The notes below the pieces were generated by a model. The model was not told the origin of the DNA. It saw nothing but the letters and a program-made list of their open reading frames with translations, and did not search any database. A stretch of 64,000 nt of DNA from an uncultured Rhodospirillaceae bacterium. Lineage in GTDB: Bacteria > Pseudomonadota > Alphaproteobacteria > UBA8366 > GCA-2717185. The translations under genes were made by a program, and so were the position numbers. Below are positions 63,097 to 64,000 of the stretch, in pieces (positions within the stretch are counted from its first letter, which is position 1; each line of letters opens with the position of its first letter). Where the stretch lies: the NCBI GenBank assembly GCA_964474755.1, contig CAYYUG010000003.1:7580-71579 (forward strand), given 5' to 3'.

Positions 63097-63106
63097 ATCA
63101 CCCTCG

Positions 63107-64000
63107 CTACGGAATGTCCGCCAACATCATCTTCGAGCATTTCTCACCGATCATAATAGAGGGAGCATTCGTGTTACCGGACGTTAAGGTCGGCATGATT
63201 GAAGCATCGGCTATACGAAGTCCGTCAATACCGTGCACGCGCAGCCGCTCGTCAACCACAGCCATGGCGTCGGAGCCCATCTTGCACGTACCGACCGGGT
63301 GGTAAGTCGTCTCCGCAGTTTGCCGCACCCAGTTGAGTAGGCTGTCATCGTCATCCATGCTGCTACCGGGTGAGATTTCTTCGGTGATAATGCCCCGCAG
63401 AGCTGGGGCAGTCATGACGTTCCGTGCAATACGTATCGCCTCCAACGTGACGTCCCGGTCGAGTTGCGCGCTTAAGAAGTTAAAGTTGATTGCCGGCGGT
63501 GCAGTGGGATCGGATGATTTTAGATGGATGTTGCCAGTGCTCTCGGAACGCAAAATATGCATAAAGGCAGTCACCCCTGATCTTTCGGAAAGCTTGAAAT
63601 TCTCAGTCATGAAAAACGGAACCCAGCCGATTACCGCGTTGGGGGCTTCCAATCCTGCCCGCGTTCGAATGAAAGCCCTTAAGGGCGCCGCCGACATGCC
63701 GAGCAAACCCCGGTCCGTGAACGCGTATTTTAGCGCTTCCCAGACTAGGCGCACTCCGCGGCCTTTTACGTTGTAAGTGATGCCTAAATTATCTGGTATC
63801 GTCCATTTCAAGCGGGGGGCGTAGTGATCGCGCAGGTTCTCGCCAACGCCCGGCAGTTCTTGTTGTACCTCGATGCCAAGCGTTTTTAATCTTTCCGCCT
63901 GACCTATACCCGATAGTTCTAATAATTGCGGCGAGTTGATTGCACCGGCGCTGATCACGACCTCGCGTGTCGCTTTTGCTTCCACCGTGGCACCTTTGTG
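63107..64000 (-). CDS. GMC-family (choline-dehydrogenase-like) FAD oxidoreductase, C-terminal part; gene continues beyond the right edge
   Basis: The frame is open to position 64000 (HKGATVEAKATREVVISAGAINSPQLLELSGIG...). The C-terminal HPVGTCKMG...VHGIDGLRIADASIMP is the GMC signature. Confidence 0.85.
   Translation of the reverse strand, partial: HKGATVEAKATREVVISAGAINSPQLLELSGIGQAERLKTLGIEVQQELPGVGENLRDHYAPRLKWTIPDNLGITYNVKGRGVRLVWEALKYAFTDRGLLGMSAAPLRAFIRTRAGLEAPNAVIGWVPFFMTENFKLSERSGVTAFMHILRSESTGNIHLKSSDPTAPPAINFNFLSAQLDRDVTLEAIRIARNVMTAPALRGIITEEISPGSSMDDDDSLLNWVRQTAETTYHPVGTCKMGSDAMAVVDERLRVHGIDGLRIADASIMPTLTSGNTNAPSIMIGEKCSKMMLADIP

Noticed and set aside
527-63776. Numerous 60-220-aa ORFs antisense to or overlapping the annotated genes (for example 527..877 -, 17270..17929 +, 21042..21644 -, 37423..37923 -, 44941..45420 -, 63333..63776 +)
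   Set aside because: These are typical shadow ORFs of moderately GC-rich coding DNA. They have Arg/Pro/Ser/Ala-rich low-complexity translations and no recognisable motifs, and each is fully embedded in a gene with strong family signatures on the other strand or frame.
1-64000. Search for CRISPR arrays, tRNA/rRNA genes, insertion sequences, integrases, prophage or defence-system genes
   Set aside because: I saw no regularly spaced direct repeats, no GGTTCGAATCC-type T-arm outside coding context (the single GGTTCGAAT at about 19980 lies inside the aminotransferase gene), and no transposase, integrase, nuclease or ATPase-like ORFs. I conclude none is present, within the limits of inspection by eye.

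Overview
This 64-kb window is gene-dense and almost entirely enzyme-coding catabolic DNA: about 57 protein-coding genes plus 2 decayed gene remnants. By eye I found no rRNA, tRNA, CRISPR array, transposase/integrase, phage gene or recognisable defence gene. Paralogous oxidoreductase and hydrolase families dominate. They include 7 TauD/TfdA-type and 1 PhyH-type Fe(II)/2-oxoglutarate dioxygenases, 4 luciferase-like (LLM) flavin oxidoreductases with 1 flavin reductase, and 2 Rieske oxygenases (one alpha-only, one alpha+beta). There are 3 intact crotonases and 1 frameshifted one, 3 SDRs and 1 MDR quinone reductase, 3 hotdog-fold proteins, and 2 gamma-glutamyltransferase-family proteins without signal peptides. 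Also present are several amidohydrolase-superfamily proteins, a HyuB/HyuA ATP-dependent hydantoinase/lactamase pair, and a methylcitrate-cycle-like trio (PrpD-like, LeuC/LeuD-like, PrpB/ICL-like). The rest comprises a Cys-type sulfatase, a MopB-type molybdoenzyme, a CoxL/XDH-type molybdopterin subunit, an MlrC (M81) peptidase and AtuA/DUF4387. Only two membrane proteins are present (EamA/DMT and TauE/SafE), and there is no recognisable transcription regulator or uptake system. The strongest finding is that selD (51150..52199) is a recoded selenoprotein gene. It has an in-frame TGA at 51198..51200 at the catalytic Cys/Sec position and a hairpin starting 11 nt downstream, and the supplied ORF track truncates it to 51222. 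It lies divergently, across a 615-bp AT-rich gap, from an operon encoding an orphan XDH-type molybdopterin subunit and an amidohydrolase. That arrangement recalls selenium-dependent molybdenum hydroxylase neighbourhoods. Other points are a FAD oxidoreductase whose Rossmann N-terminus has no canonical start codon (ATA where ATG is expected), two pseudogenes, TauD genes clustered around a TauE sulfite-exporter homolog, and mosaic base composition. All family calls come from motif recognition by eye and need database confirmation. The source taxon cannot be assigned from the sequence alone.
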